DNA from: Magallana gigas
Taxonomy: Eukaryota
Reading direction: 5' to 3'
Assembly: GCF_963853765.1 (NCBI RefSeq)
Contig: NC_088859.1
Location: 38,254,001 to 38,318,000, forward strand
DNA: 64,000 nt
In this document: positions 13,249-25,901 of the stretch, piece by piece
How the letters are laid out: every line of letters starts with the position of its first letter
How positions within the stretch are numbered: the first letter of the stretch is position 1
Translations under genes and position numbers: made by a program
The notes under the pieces: generated by a model
The model's input: only the letters and a program-made list of their open reading frames with translations
The model's database searches: none
Told to the model about the DNA's origin: nothing

Positions 13249-13633
13249 GAATGTCAGACACCTCGGCCCAACGACACCTCGGCCCCAGGACACCTCGGCC
13301 AAGACGGGTCGGCCCAAATTTTGAGACACCCCGGCCCAAGCAAAAGACATCTCGGCTCAAGCAGAATTAAAATAAAATATCAATGATTTTCATGTTTTAT
13401 TTATATTTTATTGAATATAAATTATATGATATATATAATTTGTAATTAAAAAAATATTTGTGTTAGCTGTATATTTCCAATCTTCCCCCCGCGCACATGG
13501 GCACACGACACACCTGTTGAGTATATCTTGTATATTATGTGTTAGTTAGCTGTATATTTCCAATCTTCCCCCCGCGCACATGGGCACACGACACACCTGT
13601 TGAATAGATCTTGTATATTCTGTGTTAGTAAGC

Positions 13634-13664
<31 letters not shown>

Positions 13665-14340
13665 CACGGTCTTATACGCAAATGAATAAAACCATGTCTA
13701 GACAAACAAAGCAGCAATATTCTCACCCTGTTTATTAAACTTAAATCATGAATTATTCAGTTTTTTACTTTGTTTAAGAATGTGATAAACTTAACAAAAA
13801 TGATCCAAGGTTAAGAAAAAAGGATTGTGTTTACTGTTTATAAATTCTGCTTTTCATTTTCAAAAAAAAAATAATTGACTACAGTCATAATTTAAAAAAA
13901 TATTGCAATAATTTACACCAGAAACATTAGAAATGCTTCTAGTATATATCCACTTTTAAGAGTCTATTAAATTCATTATTTTTAATGAACTTTTAATTAA
14001 ATTTTGGGACACGTAATAATAATATAATACATTATCAATTAAGGAACAAAGTAAGTATGTTAGTGTATTAGAAAAATACGTATTGTAAGATACTGGATGA
14101 AACTTTTATCATCAAAAAATTGTATTGAATTAATTGTGTCTTTATGAGTACAAGAACATACGTTCGACTGTCTATCAAATATTTTAAGAATCATTGTTTC
14201 TTTGGGCCGAGGTGTCTTGTACATATTTTTAAATAAAAATTTCTGTGGGCCGAGGTGTCTTGTACATGGGCCGAGGTGTCAATAGTTTTGGGCCGACCCG
14301 TCTGGGCCGAGGTGTCGTTGGGCCGAGATGTCCGTCTACC
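13249..14340. mobile_element. Non-autonomous TIR DNA transposon with repetitive (foldback-like) termini
   Basis: Left end has repeated gacacctcggccca; right end has the inverted tgggccgaggtgtc copies; the gacgggtcggcccaaa block is mirrored. A candidate 8-bp TSD aaaaattg lies at 13241-13248 and 14341-14348. Confidence 0.8.
13461..13650. repeat. ~83-bp direct repeat (2.3 copies) inside the TIR element
   Basis: gttagctgtatatttccaatcttccccccgcgcacatgggcacacgacacacctgttga occurs twice, followed by a partial third copy. Confidence 0.9.
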
Positions 14341-14566
14341 AAAAATTGTTGACATGTTAACTCGTTCTTAAAAATACACTTGATATTTACTATCAAATTT
14401 CATGCCAAAGCATTATTTTAACATTTCTATATATATTTGAAATTCCTTTCTTTTTACAACCATATTTTCATTTTGTTAAAGAGTTTATTACCCAGTAAAA
14501 ATCAACTTGGAAATGTTCTTGGTACGATTTAATTTTATTGAAAGTAAAAAATGTCAAAACCATGAA

Positions 14567-17500
14567 ATGGGATGTTTGGGGTTATTTTGGTTTTTGCTAC
14601 TGTTTGCTTTGCTGAAATTCTGCCATGCTGGTAATATATCGTGATATCGTATTTTTGTTAACAGTGATTTCATTTCTATTTTCTTTTACGACACTCCCGT
14701 GATATTTTGCTTTTGTAAATAAGTGTAATATTTTGTTAAAGCCAAGAAAGGAAGTTTTATTCTGTCTGAACTGCATTGTAACATTTGTATGTTTTTGTTG
14801 CTTTGAAATCATTATTTTATGCCATTACTTAGAAGAGTATCATTTTGACAAGCTTGATTTGCTAAAAAAATGTCAAAACTGCGGTAGTTATTGTTAAAAC
14901 AGGTGCTTTCTTGAAACTCCACTGTACAATAGGGTTTTTAATCTGTTAATTTCTATCTGTAACCTTATAGGAATATAATGTCAATGTGCATATTTATGTC
15001 TACATGCAGACAGATTGCAATACAATGGAAGTTACTAACGATAATTTTTTTTCAGGATTTGATATTTATAATATAAAGGGAAATCTTTACTTACTTACTA
15101 TCTATATATAGTGATCCGCTAGATCTGCATGCAAGATGCAACATATTTATATCAACATGCAACATATTCATGACGACATGTTTAAATTACATATTTATGT
15201 TGATATGCAACATATTTACATGTATGTTGAGAAGCTTGTTAATTAAATAAATACTTAAAATATATATATGAATGTCAGTATAGGCTGGATAAATATGTTG
15301 ATTTGCAACTTCATTATGTCAGCATGCAATTGACTCGTTTCTTTATAGTAATGAATCACAACATTATTATGGTGCATCTTGCATATAAGATGTCAGATAC
15401 TAGCTGGTCTTAGTAAGTAGCTTTATTTACATCATCAAAATCAGATTTTATTCAATCTGAGATTTGTAACTTGGATGAAAACTTAATATTTTAAATTACC
15501 GGGTATTATCTTGCATGTGACGCACAAACATACAGAATTCTGCCAAAAAATTATCCCTATATTGTGTTTGGTTGAAAGACACACTTTCACAGCTAAAAAT
15601 TCTTTATGGATTTTGCATATTAAAATGATTTAAAAATAGTTTAAATTATTTAATCAAGAACTTTAAAATTGATAAAAGATAACAGAGTTTTCCTTTATAT
15701 ATTTTTATAAGAAACATGTTTTATGTGTCAATTTTTCTGGGGTATATAGAAAGGACATATTTATTAAGAAATCATGGACCTTTTTTTTCACTGATTTTCA
15801 TTGGAGTAAATTATTAATAGTTATTTTTTTAAGCACAGAATTGTATGCATTTGTTGGTGTCTTTATTCGAACATGTTATTACTGTTTGTTTGTAAATTAC
15901 AGAGTCAGAATGCATGGTTGGTGAATGTATGTATGGGAATGACTTCTGCATTAGTGGCAGGGGGTGTCTCTATGGATGCCGGCAGGGGTACTCTGGCAAG
16001 AATTGCGATAGAACTTGCTCCTCAGGGTAAAATTTTCTCTTTTTACCATTTTGTTAGATACACAAGCAAGAGTTTAGATAGATTCATATACAGTACTCGT
16101 ATCAATTTTTTTTTCTCTGTATTTTAAATTTAGCAAAATAAAAAAAAATGCACTAGTATGCGGTACATTTGATACTTTTTGTGTAAGTTACTTAATTTTT
16201 GGACATTTTAGGTTCTAAAATTTCATATTTTTCAAATGACCTGCATTAACCAATATTTTATCTAAACCTGAATTTGTTCTTTATATTTGTAATTTAAAAA
16301 TAATCCTAAAAAGTCTAGAAAGGTTGTTTTGATATAGAAGTGACCGTATGATTGCTCATAGAGACAATGTGCATGTGTTTTAATCTGAAATGCTCTGATA
16401 AAGGAACAGTTACATTTTATTTCTTTCAAACAGTTGTGTGGAATGTCTCTGGGATGGTTATAATGAGACCTGCACTATGTGTAAACCTGGTAAATATGGT
16501 GCAGGCTGTACAGAATACTGCAGCAAGAACTGCAAAATAAACCAGACGAAATGTGACAGGTTTGGCCACTGCCTTTATGGCTGCAATATTGGCTGGAGAG
16601 GAGAAAGATGTGATGAGCAAGATTGTGATTTTGAAAATTGTGTGAGCTGTGGCGTTGCCAATAACTACATTTACTGTTCAAACTGTACTTTGGGAAAGTT
16701 CTGGAACATTACCTCCCATTCTTGTGTGAACTGCAGTGATTTCTGTAAAGGAGGAAGTCTTGCCTGCAATACTACAACAGGAGTCTGCTTCAATGGCTGT
16801 AAGCATGGATACTTTGGTTACAACTGTGATAAAATATGTACGATAGACCACTGTAATGAATGCAAGGAAAACTACTACCACAGAATGGACTGCTTGTCAT
16901 GTGATGAAGGGTATTACTCAGAGAATTATCAATGCTTGCCCTGCAGAGGACACTGTGGCAATGGAGAGTTCTGTGATAAAAATACAGGAGTGTGCCATAG
17001 TGGTTGTGCACACGGATGGTATGGAAAGTATTGTGACAGAGAGTGTCTGATCGAGAACTGTACAAAATGCTCTGATCAGGATTATCCACAAATGGTTTGT
17101 TTGAACTGTGACCAAGGGTTTCATATGTCAATGAATGGATTAATCTGCAAGGAATGTAGCAGTCACTGTAAGGGTGGTCAGTCAGCCTGCAGTAACAGTG
17201 ATGGCAGGTGTAGAGATGGCTGTGAGTTGGGATTCTATGGGGAAAGTTGTGAGACGAATTGCAGTGCATTCTGTGCTGGTGATGGCTCTTGTTTGATGCA
17301 AGATGGTTATTGCACATATGGATGTCTAAAAGGCATGTATGGCAATCAGTGTGATAGGAGGTGTCCCACAGAATGCACACAGTGTCAGGTATATATAGAC
17401 ACAGGGATGTGCTCAGAGTGTTTTTCTGGATGGTATGGAACAGTTTGTGAACAACAATGCAGTCAGTACTGTAAGAGAAATGCTTACAGTAATTTCATTC

Positions 17501-20500
17501 ACTGTGACAAAGACTCTGGAAGCTGTTTGGAAGGTTGCCTGCCTGGGTATTACGGTGATTTTTGCAATTTTACCTGCAGTGAGCATTGTTCATTGAAAGA
17601 GTGCTACAGAGAGAATGGAAAATGCAAGTATCCCTGCAGTCCGTTCCGTTTTGGGGACTACTGTGAAAGTACTTGCCCTAAAAACTGTAAATATCAGTCA
17701 CCTGACAGAAAGGCTTGTAATGAAATCACTATGATGTGTGTGTACGGATGTCAGGATGGGTTTTATGGTGACTACTGCAATAAAACATGCCCTCTTAACT
17801 GCGAAAAAAGTCAGTGTGATAGGGTATCTGGGATATGTAAAGACTGCATACCAAAATTCTATGGACCTCAATGCAACATTACATGTCCTGTAAATTGTAA
17901 TAAAGACATATGTAGTCGTTATGATGGATCTTGCACCCAGGGATGTTCTTCTAATATGTTTGGAAAGAACTGTTCCTCTCGCTGCAGTTCTTGGTGTCAG
18001 GGGGGCACCTGCTTCCACCAAAATGGCTTCTGTGACCAGGGGTGTGATGTTGGTAGGTATGGATTGGAGTGTGAAAACACATGCAGCTCAAATTGCCAAG
18101 GTGCTTTTTGTGAGCAGATGTCTGGAATATGTACCAATGGATGCTTGGAAGGATGGACAGGAGACAAGTGTGATAAAAGTAAGTCTGGAGACCAATCAGA
18201 ATTAAGACAATGTTCCTATCATAATGATGAACTTATTAGTGATTGGCAAACTCAGATTGTTGCACATGATGTGTAAGATGTATTGCATAAATACAAATGT
18301 AAATGTATTTTGCAATATTCAGTGCAGGTAATAAACTATAAATGACAATGCAAATTGTTTTATAAAATATTAATGAAGATTCTGTTTCCTTTTACAGAAT
18401 GCATACCTGGCAGTTTTGGACCTAACTGTGATCAGAGGTGTGGAGTGTGTAAGGACAATGAGGCATGTGACTATCGCAATGGAGCGTGTCCCCAGGGCTG
18501 TGCTGAGGGGTGGACAGGGTCAACTTGTCAAATGGGTAAACAAATTATCAGGTTGTCAAAGAGGATTTTATATTTATTGTCCCATTCTACTGATTCACCA
18601 TCGTGTATTAAAAAAAGCAAATGACAACCATATTACCGTATATATGAACATTACAAATATATGTATCAAGCCAGGTATAAACAGGATGTAACATAGCAAT
18701 GCATATAATAATTTACATCTTTTTCCAGCTCTCAGAAGCTCCAATAGCTTGAAAGATAAAAATGCTGACACCATGGCCATTGCAGGAAGTGTGACAGCAG
18801 CCATGTTGTTGACAATTTTGACAATCATCATTGTAACAATTATTGTCAGGCGGAAGCACATGCATCTCTGTGCTTCATGTACAAAACCCCAAAAGAGCAC
18901 TAATGTCCTTGAAGATGAAAACCACTCTCCAGAGGTAAAAAAAAAGACTATTTCTTAAAATTAAGTTTATGATTTGGTTTGTCTGTACGGTATGTACTGA
19001 TGTGATTGAATGTTTTGTCGAAGAAGAAGGCAAGCTACATACTTACTTACTTACTGCCTGTGAAGTCTTTGGTGTATAGGGCAGTAAGTAGAAAAAAAGA
19101 GCTTCTTCTTAAAACAAGACAGAGAAACTTGAAATAGTGACACACATTTTGTTTTGCATGTACTTTTTATTGTACGTGACATTAATTTTGGGGGAACTCA
19201 GTTGGTATTTGGAGGGAGAAGTGGTGTAAGAATTTTTAAATCAGCTTTCTATAACAAATAGGAAGGTGTTCCATTACTTCATACCATCTGCCCTTGGCTC
19301 AGGCACCGATCGCAGAATTTGGATGAAAATGTAAGCATCTCACTGAAATAAAGTGTGGAATGTGTAATATATAACTCTTTAATTTTAAAAATGGCTTTAA
19401 AGAGTTGAATTTAGCTTTCATAGTTAGAAAATTGGTATTAAATGAGGTGTATATAATGACATTTAACATATCTATGAATATATCATAGATGTTGTTGTTT
19501 TTTGACAACTGAATTGAGTAGTCGGACTAAAAGCTAGTGTTTCATTGCTATAATATTTATCTGCTTGTAATACCTATATAAATTCATTAAGCAGTTAGAC
19601 TTCTTATGATATATTAGATGCATAGATAAAATGAATCAACTTGAGAGCTTTGATGGTCACTCATGTTATAAACTACGGTCTTGTATATAACACACACTAT
19701 ACTAACAATCTGATTATCAGGTTCCAGAAATTTTATTACTTATTCACTACCATGGCTCTGGTGGCCTTTTGTCTGGTATTGTGGCGTGTTGTGCATTATG
19801 ACTCAGTAGATTCCCTACCTTACTGCATTCAGTTGAACTTCCAATATCTCAAACACCGAATTCTCAAATACCGCTACAATGGATATGTGGAATTGATTTG
19901 AGAGTCCCAACCCCTTTTTTTTGAGTATTTTACCCTCGATATCTGGAAGTTTTTAAACAGTCCCATCTAGTTCGTGATAACGAAGTTTGACTGAATGATA
20001 TTTTATATCCAAGTATTAATTGTTGTTAATTTGATGCACCCAATAGTGTGTTTTTTAAATTATAATAATATTATCATCCCTGTAGCCAACCTGTATTGTT
20101 AAATAATTGTTTAACATCTTCAATACTATTTAATTCTACCCCTTAGATATTGATATATCTTCCTATCCATGCATCACAACACATTAAATTACCCACTGGA
20201 AAGAACTGTGAATTTCCATGGATTTTTTACAGAGCTTTAACTAAGGTTAAGGTCCATGGGTCTCTTGTTTATTTCGGTCATGGAAATAAATACCTTAGAA
20301 TCAAGAAAAGAGGGTTGAAAACCTTTCTGTGAGACTTTTAAACTCAGCAATATCTTAAAAGTTTAATGTTGCTAGAAGTTCAATATTTCTGTGCATCTCA
20401 GTCTCAAGTAAAGAGATTATCATCTGGAACATTTGAACTGCTAAATTGAATGATAATCCTGAAATTAAAAGCTAAAGTGGTTACCCAGTCACTCAGACTT

Positions 20501-23500
20501 GGGGTCAGTGTTAATTATTATCTGTCTACTTCTCATTACCGGTAACTGAAAAGTTTTACAGTGTACATGAACAGTATGTGAAATCTTATGGTATTCAGTA
20601 AGTACAATCTTTTAGCAACTGTTACAAAATATTTAATTTATTTAATGATAAGAAGAACATGTTTTTCAGACTTTTGGATTCCAAATGGAGGGTGGCACTG
20701 CTATAAGAAATGCAGGTAGGGAGTTTTTATCCACTGCTGGTCAGAGAAACTTGGATCTGCATTTTCTACAAGTCTCCTCGGAGGCCTCATTCCTCCAGAT
20801 GCCACTGGACATATCACTACGCAATGGGGAATACAAGCATCACGCTGTGCTTGTCAAGTGTCTAAACAGAGGTCTGAATTTTGTAATATTTTCATCCTTG
20901 GTGCTTTTGGTTCTTTGTAAAAATGAATTTAAATTTATAATTAAAATCTGTGAGTATCAAGGTGCTGGATTTAGCTTTAATTGTAACAAAATATTAAATC
21001 AGGAATATATTTCAAGTGTGTGTCTTGTACGTTTTTTGAAACATACATGTGTCATATTATGAATTTGTAAAAAGGAAAATGTCAGGGTTGTTTAGAAGTT
21101 GTGTAGTTTGAATTCCTTGATATTCCTTGAATATAATATTTTGTCATTACATGTATTTAACTAATATTGTTAATTTCTTGTATCTTTAAAGAGCGCAATA
21201 AAAACCAGAGGGTCAGATTTAAGAATGAAGTGGATATTCTACGGTCTCTGGAAGATGTGAATAGCTGTTCTAATATCTTCTGTTTTTATGGCTATTGTGA
21301 GGATGAAAGTAAGAAACAAAATTATCATGAGTATAACCATGTCTTGAGGAAATGGGATGATTATTATATGTTAAAAGTAAATTTAAACATACATTACATG
21401 TACTTTTATTTAGTACCATAAATTAATAAGGAAGGATTCAGAATTAGGTTTTAAAATTTTTTGAATTTTAATTTTTTCCAACAGAGTTTGAATACAGTGT
21501 CTTTGAGAAGTGTGACCAAGGGGACTTAAAGCAGCATCTGAAACAGCTTCGATACAGCTCTGAGAACCCTCCTAATGTAACCTTCAGCACCAAATCTACT
21601 GAACTAATCACACACGCTCTCGACGTTTTAGCTGGAATCATCTACTTGAAGGAGAAAAAGGTATGGTGTATTGTATGCATTTTGAATACCAGTACAAAAA
21701 AATTGTTCAACGTATTTGAAATTCTTTATTAGGTATTTAAGAGCATATGCTCTTTTTTATTTTGTGAAATCATATTTCTTTTTTTGCTCCTCTCTCACAG
21801 ATAATACATAGACTTGTGATTCCAATGAATGTGTACCTGTTTTCTAATGGAAGAGCTAAACTCGCCAACTTTTACTTTGCCATCAGCTCATCCTCAGAAT
21901 CTCAGTCAGATCCTGTAAGTCAATTGTACTACATGTTATTTACATTGTGATATCGTACAATGTGTACTGAAATGTACAAGTACTTCTGGAAATTTTTGAC
22001 AATGGAAATTAACTTACGAAGGAGAAAAAAAACCAACTTGTATACAATAGTTTGCTATGGTCTGATATTTAAGAATTTACATGTATATGGCATGTAAAAT
22101 GTTGCATGGATGTACATGTATATGTACTTGTAGATGTAGATGATTTTGACGGTAATTTTATTGACAGGTTCCTAGAACATATTACCCATGGCTGGCTGTG
22201 GAGTCCAAAAGACAATTGATATATTCTAACCAAAGTGAAATGTGAGTTTTACATTTTGCATTGTTTGAGTCATACAATACAGACTTTACACTTAAATATT
22301 ACAAGATGTTAAACATTGCTGTTTTGAACTTTTCATAGCTTCATAGCCTTGACAAAGAACTATATATGATAAGAGTTAAATTTGGCCCCCATAATTCACC
22401 ATTTTTTAAAGTGTTTTGGGTACAATAAAATGTTATGTTATAATTTAGAAGAGTTGATATAAAATATATTTTTTACATATTTGCTTGATTTATCTGCACT
22501 CACTTGCAGTATATGACCTCAGAAGTGACACTATTTCTATAATTCAATCAAAATTAGTCGAAAATTGACATTTTTCTTATCTTTTTACAAATGGGAAATA
22601 TAAAGCGCATGCTTGAACCTGGACAAATTTTTTGTCACTTATTAGACTTGGCTAGATACATCTCTGATTAAAATAATTTGTTGGTTCAAGCATGCGCTCT
22701 ATGTTTCCTGAAAGAAAAACTGCTTGAAAACAAGCTTTTTTATGCTAATATCCAAAAATGGTGCGAAAAGGTTGTCTTTACAATGCCGTTTTTCTAAATT
22801 GTGGGCACTTAAATCGAAATGAAAATTACGTTTAAACATCACATATATATCTGTACAAAGAAAACAAAGAATTACAGTAAAATAATGATATTCCTATAAG
22901 GGGGCCATTTTAGGCCCATACCATATATTGTCCTTTGAGGAATGAATAAAACTATAGTTATAAAAATTTCACTTCATATAAAATGGAGTCACAATATCCC
23001 AAGATCATGTTTAATCACATGTACCTGTATCTATTTAATTTTTTTATGTCAGAATGGTAAGTATACATTGCATATTATTATGCAAGTTCAGTCTCTCTTT
23101 GAAAATATTTGATAATTTTAAGGAGGAAGTCAGTTTAATTAAAATCAATTTATGAATAACATACATGCTTTTCTTATTGGTGACATAATTTTTTTGAAAT
23201 TGAATTGTGTGTTCTTTGATTTGATACTGGGACAAGTTCTGTTGCAGGGTTTTATAGAGTCTCTCCTTGAATATAGCAGTATTTTCAATCACTCTCTGAC
23301 TTAATTACTAATATGCTAGTGTCTGGTTTCAGATGGACATTTGGGGTCCTTCTGCTGGAGATTGTTAGTCTCGGATACAGTTTTCCTAGAGAAGAAGGGG
23401 AATTCTACCTTATACCTCCAAAGTCATGTGACAAGAAGTTGTAAGTTGTAATTAGAGCACAGATCCTTTGATTAAAGCTTGATTGTTATGATATGAAAAT

Positions 23501-24531
23501 CTAGCGAATACTGTTCAAACTGTATTTGTGCTGTTTTAAAATTACCATACTCTCAGTAAAAGCATGCTTGTTCTCAAAGAACTTGCAGTGCTCTATGGAC
23601 TCTCCTTTTATGTGGATGTAAAATTAAATACATCCAGGAAGTCGGAGCAGTATTCCTTACAGATTTATGGGTTTCTGATGATGAATTTGAATTTGTATGT
23701 ACATGTATATTCAGTGTGATCTTATTATCGGATGTTAACATCAAAAATAAATTTGTATCCTCTCAGAAATTGGTTGATGGAATCTTGTTGGAGCAAATCT
23801 CCTGCTAGCAGACCATCTTGTCAGGAAGTGTACAGTCAACTTCAGGGTATCAGACATCACGTGGTAAGTCTTAGTATCAGACATCACCTGGTAAGTCAGA
23901 GTAACTGACACCACCCATAAAGTCAGAGTAACTGACACCACCCATAAAGTCAGAGTAACTGACACCACCCATAAAGTCAGAGTAACTGACACCACCCATA
24001 AAGTCAGAGTACCAGTCAACACCAGATCTGTAAAAGTGGTTATTTACGCTTGGGGGGAAATTTACACTAGTTACGCGGTAAGCTGAAAACCGTGTAAATT
24101 TCCCCCTCGTGTATGGTAAAATATTAAACACAGAGTGGTAAATCACGTATCTGCGTATTTAATACTCACGTGTATTATTTGACCATAGAAAACGCGTACT
24201 TAACCACCAGGGTAAATAACCATTTTTACAGTAAGTCAAAGTATTAGACATCCTGATAAGTCAAGATATAATTCTATAGTGAATATACAGTCCTGTATTT
24301 TGAGATGGTCCTTAAAAAGAACCAGATGGTTGTTTTTCTCAAACTGTGCAAATTAAATAGAGTTGGTTTAAATTACCTATGGTTTAAAAATTAAGAGTTT
24401 TACTTTTGTAGTTTTCTGCCAAAAAAAAACCAAATCAGCCTCCCTAAACATTATGTATGAATTTTATTTTTTTTTCTTTCCAGGAAGTTAACCAGGAAGA
24501 TGATTCGATTGTCATGACAACCATGGTGTAA
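14567..24531 (+). CDS. Single-pass receptor: signal peptide, multiple EGF/laminin-EGF-like Cys-rich ectodomain, TM helix, tyrosine-kinase-like pseudokinase domain (~1,090 aa)
   Basis: Exons 14567-14630 (signal peptide MGCLGLFWFLLLFALLKFCHA), 15903-16026, 16434-18178, 18398-18535, 18729-18934 (TM AIAGSVTAAMLLTILTIIIVTIIV), probable 19262-19330, 20670-20871, 21192-21308, 21485-21660, 21801-21914, 22168-22241, 23333-23440, 23767-23863, 24484-24531. All junctions are GT-AG with matching phases. TK-like blocks include FKNEVDIL, GDLKQHLKQLR, AGIIYLKEKKIIHR, PWLAVES, EIWTFGVLLLEIVSLG, LMESCWSKSPASRPS. Confidence 0.9.
19040..19085 (-). mobile_element. Possible 3' tail remnant of a non-LTR retrotransposon
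   Basis: Minus strand reads gccctatacaccaaagacttcacaggcag(taag)n; (TAAG)n tails resemble RTE-type LINE ends. Very short. Confidence 0.25.
22353..22937. mobile_element. ~585-bp MITE with ~37-bp imperfect TIRs
   Basis: Left caaagaactatatatgataagagttaaatttggcccc; reverse complement of right end caaaggacaatatatggtatgggcctaaaatggcccc. Confidence 0.7.
23847..24012. repeat. 27-bp tandem repeat starting at an exon 3' end/splice donor
   Basis: Two copies of gtatcagacatcac(g/c)tggtaagtc, then four copies of aagtcagagtaactgacaccacccata. Confidence 0.9.
24028..24231. mobile_element. 204-bp MITE with 20-bp TIRs
   Basis: ctgtaaaagtggttatttac ... gtaaataaccatttttacag (1 mismatch); the host repeat (taagtcaaagta) resumes after it. 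Confidence 0.8.
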
Positions 24532-25686
24532 GAGGAAATGCAATTTTTGAAGCTGAATATTCAGACCTTGTTCAGAAATCTACACAGAAACAATTTCTTC
24601 CTATTTCCTCTGCATTGCATCATTACATCTGTCCTCCATCTATTTTTTTTTTCTGCTTTAAGTGTGCTTTTAGATACCAGACAGTCCCAAGTCCCATCAC
24701 TGTTTGGTGTGAAGGCAATATAGGGGACTTCGCCTTTAAATGTGCTAGTACCACATTTCCATTTACCAAAACAAATTCACTATGAGTATTGCCCTGACAA
24801 TTTGTATTATAATTATTCTTCAACATGTTCAGTATTTAAGTATAGATCAGGAGATGTCCAATGTTGTTATTGTAACCAAAATGTTTCTGTGTTGTTTTTG
24901 CTCTGGAAGGAACTATATGTACAATGTACATGCATTCACTGGAACTACATGTATATAATGCAATGCCTGTACATGTATGTAAACTTGATATTGTGTGTGC
25001 CCCGGTAATACAGCGCCAAGGGCTTGTGTTCATGTCTTAAAAAAAAACCAGTTTAAAGCATTCCTTTATTGTTTTGTCTGTACATATCATGTATAATCAG
25101 GTTAATTTCTTTTTTTACTTTTTTATTGCAGATATTTTATATATGTTCATATCAACAAAAAAGATTTTATTTTTCATAGTTTTATCAATGTGTTATGTGT
25201 TTGTCATTTGTTCTGTTTCTTTCTGAATGGTTTGACATTTTGTTGCACCATTTGTTTACTTATATATTTATATATGCTTGATGTTGTGCTTATACATGTA
25301 GACACATAGTTACCAAATACAGCATATAAAATTGATATACTGCAAGTGTGTTACATTTGGCTGTGTATTCTAGTAAAGGTCTTTGGCAGGAAGCAGTTTA
25401 TGCCAAATCATGTACATTGCTAAATACCATGCATATATGTATAATGATAAGTCCATGTTGAAAAAAAAACATGTTAATTCAATTCCTTGCTGATATGTTG
25501 AAAAATCAATTTCTGCAAAGTTTTGTACACCTAAATAAAATATGTTCACAGTATATAATTACAAAATGAAATCAGGTTTATATTCCTGACTTAATGTTGA
25601 CATATGGTGCTTTAATTTACTTGACTAGCATGATGCAAACTACTTGAGCCAATAAGGTATTCATGTTTCAATCTCTTTTATGTGAT

Positions 25687-25901
25687 TACTGTATACAGGA
25701 AAATATTCACCCCTGTTTTATTTTTGCCCCTTTGGGCCTTGTCAGGGAGTGAATTCAAAACGATTTTTAAATAACTATGTTAATTAAAATAAGAATTTAT
25801 CATACGTTTTGTATGGATGAATTCAAAATGGAGCAATATGCAGTTTGCAAAAGTAGAAGGGCAAAAAAAAGGCACGAGGCAAAAAAAATCTGTATACAGT
25901 A
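25687..25901. mobile_element. ~215-bp MITE with TA-flanked TIRs (Tc1/mariner-like ends)
   Basis: tactgtatacag ... ctgtatacagta. Confidence 0.7.

Noticed and set aside
16790-17380. 196-aa His/Cys-rich antisense ORF
   Set aside because: Shadow of the Cys-rich sense exon; TGT/GTG codon bias explains the composition.
23741-24146. ORFs with TLTLWVVSV and GGVSYSDFM repeats
   Set aside because: Read-through of the 27-bp intronic minisatellite.
20670-24531. Kinase region as a decaying pseudogene
   Set aside because: All exons keep canonical splice sites, matching phases and an open frame, and structural C-lobe residues are retained; a functional pseudokinase fits better.
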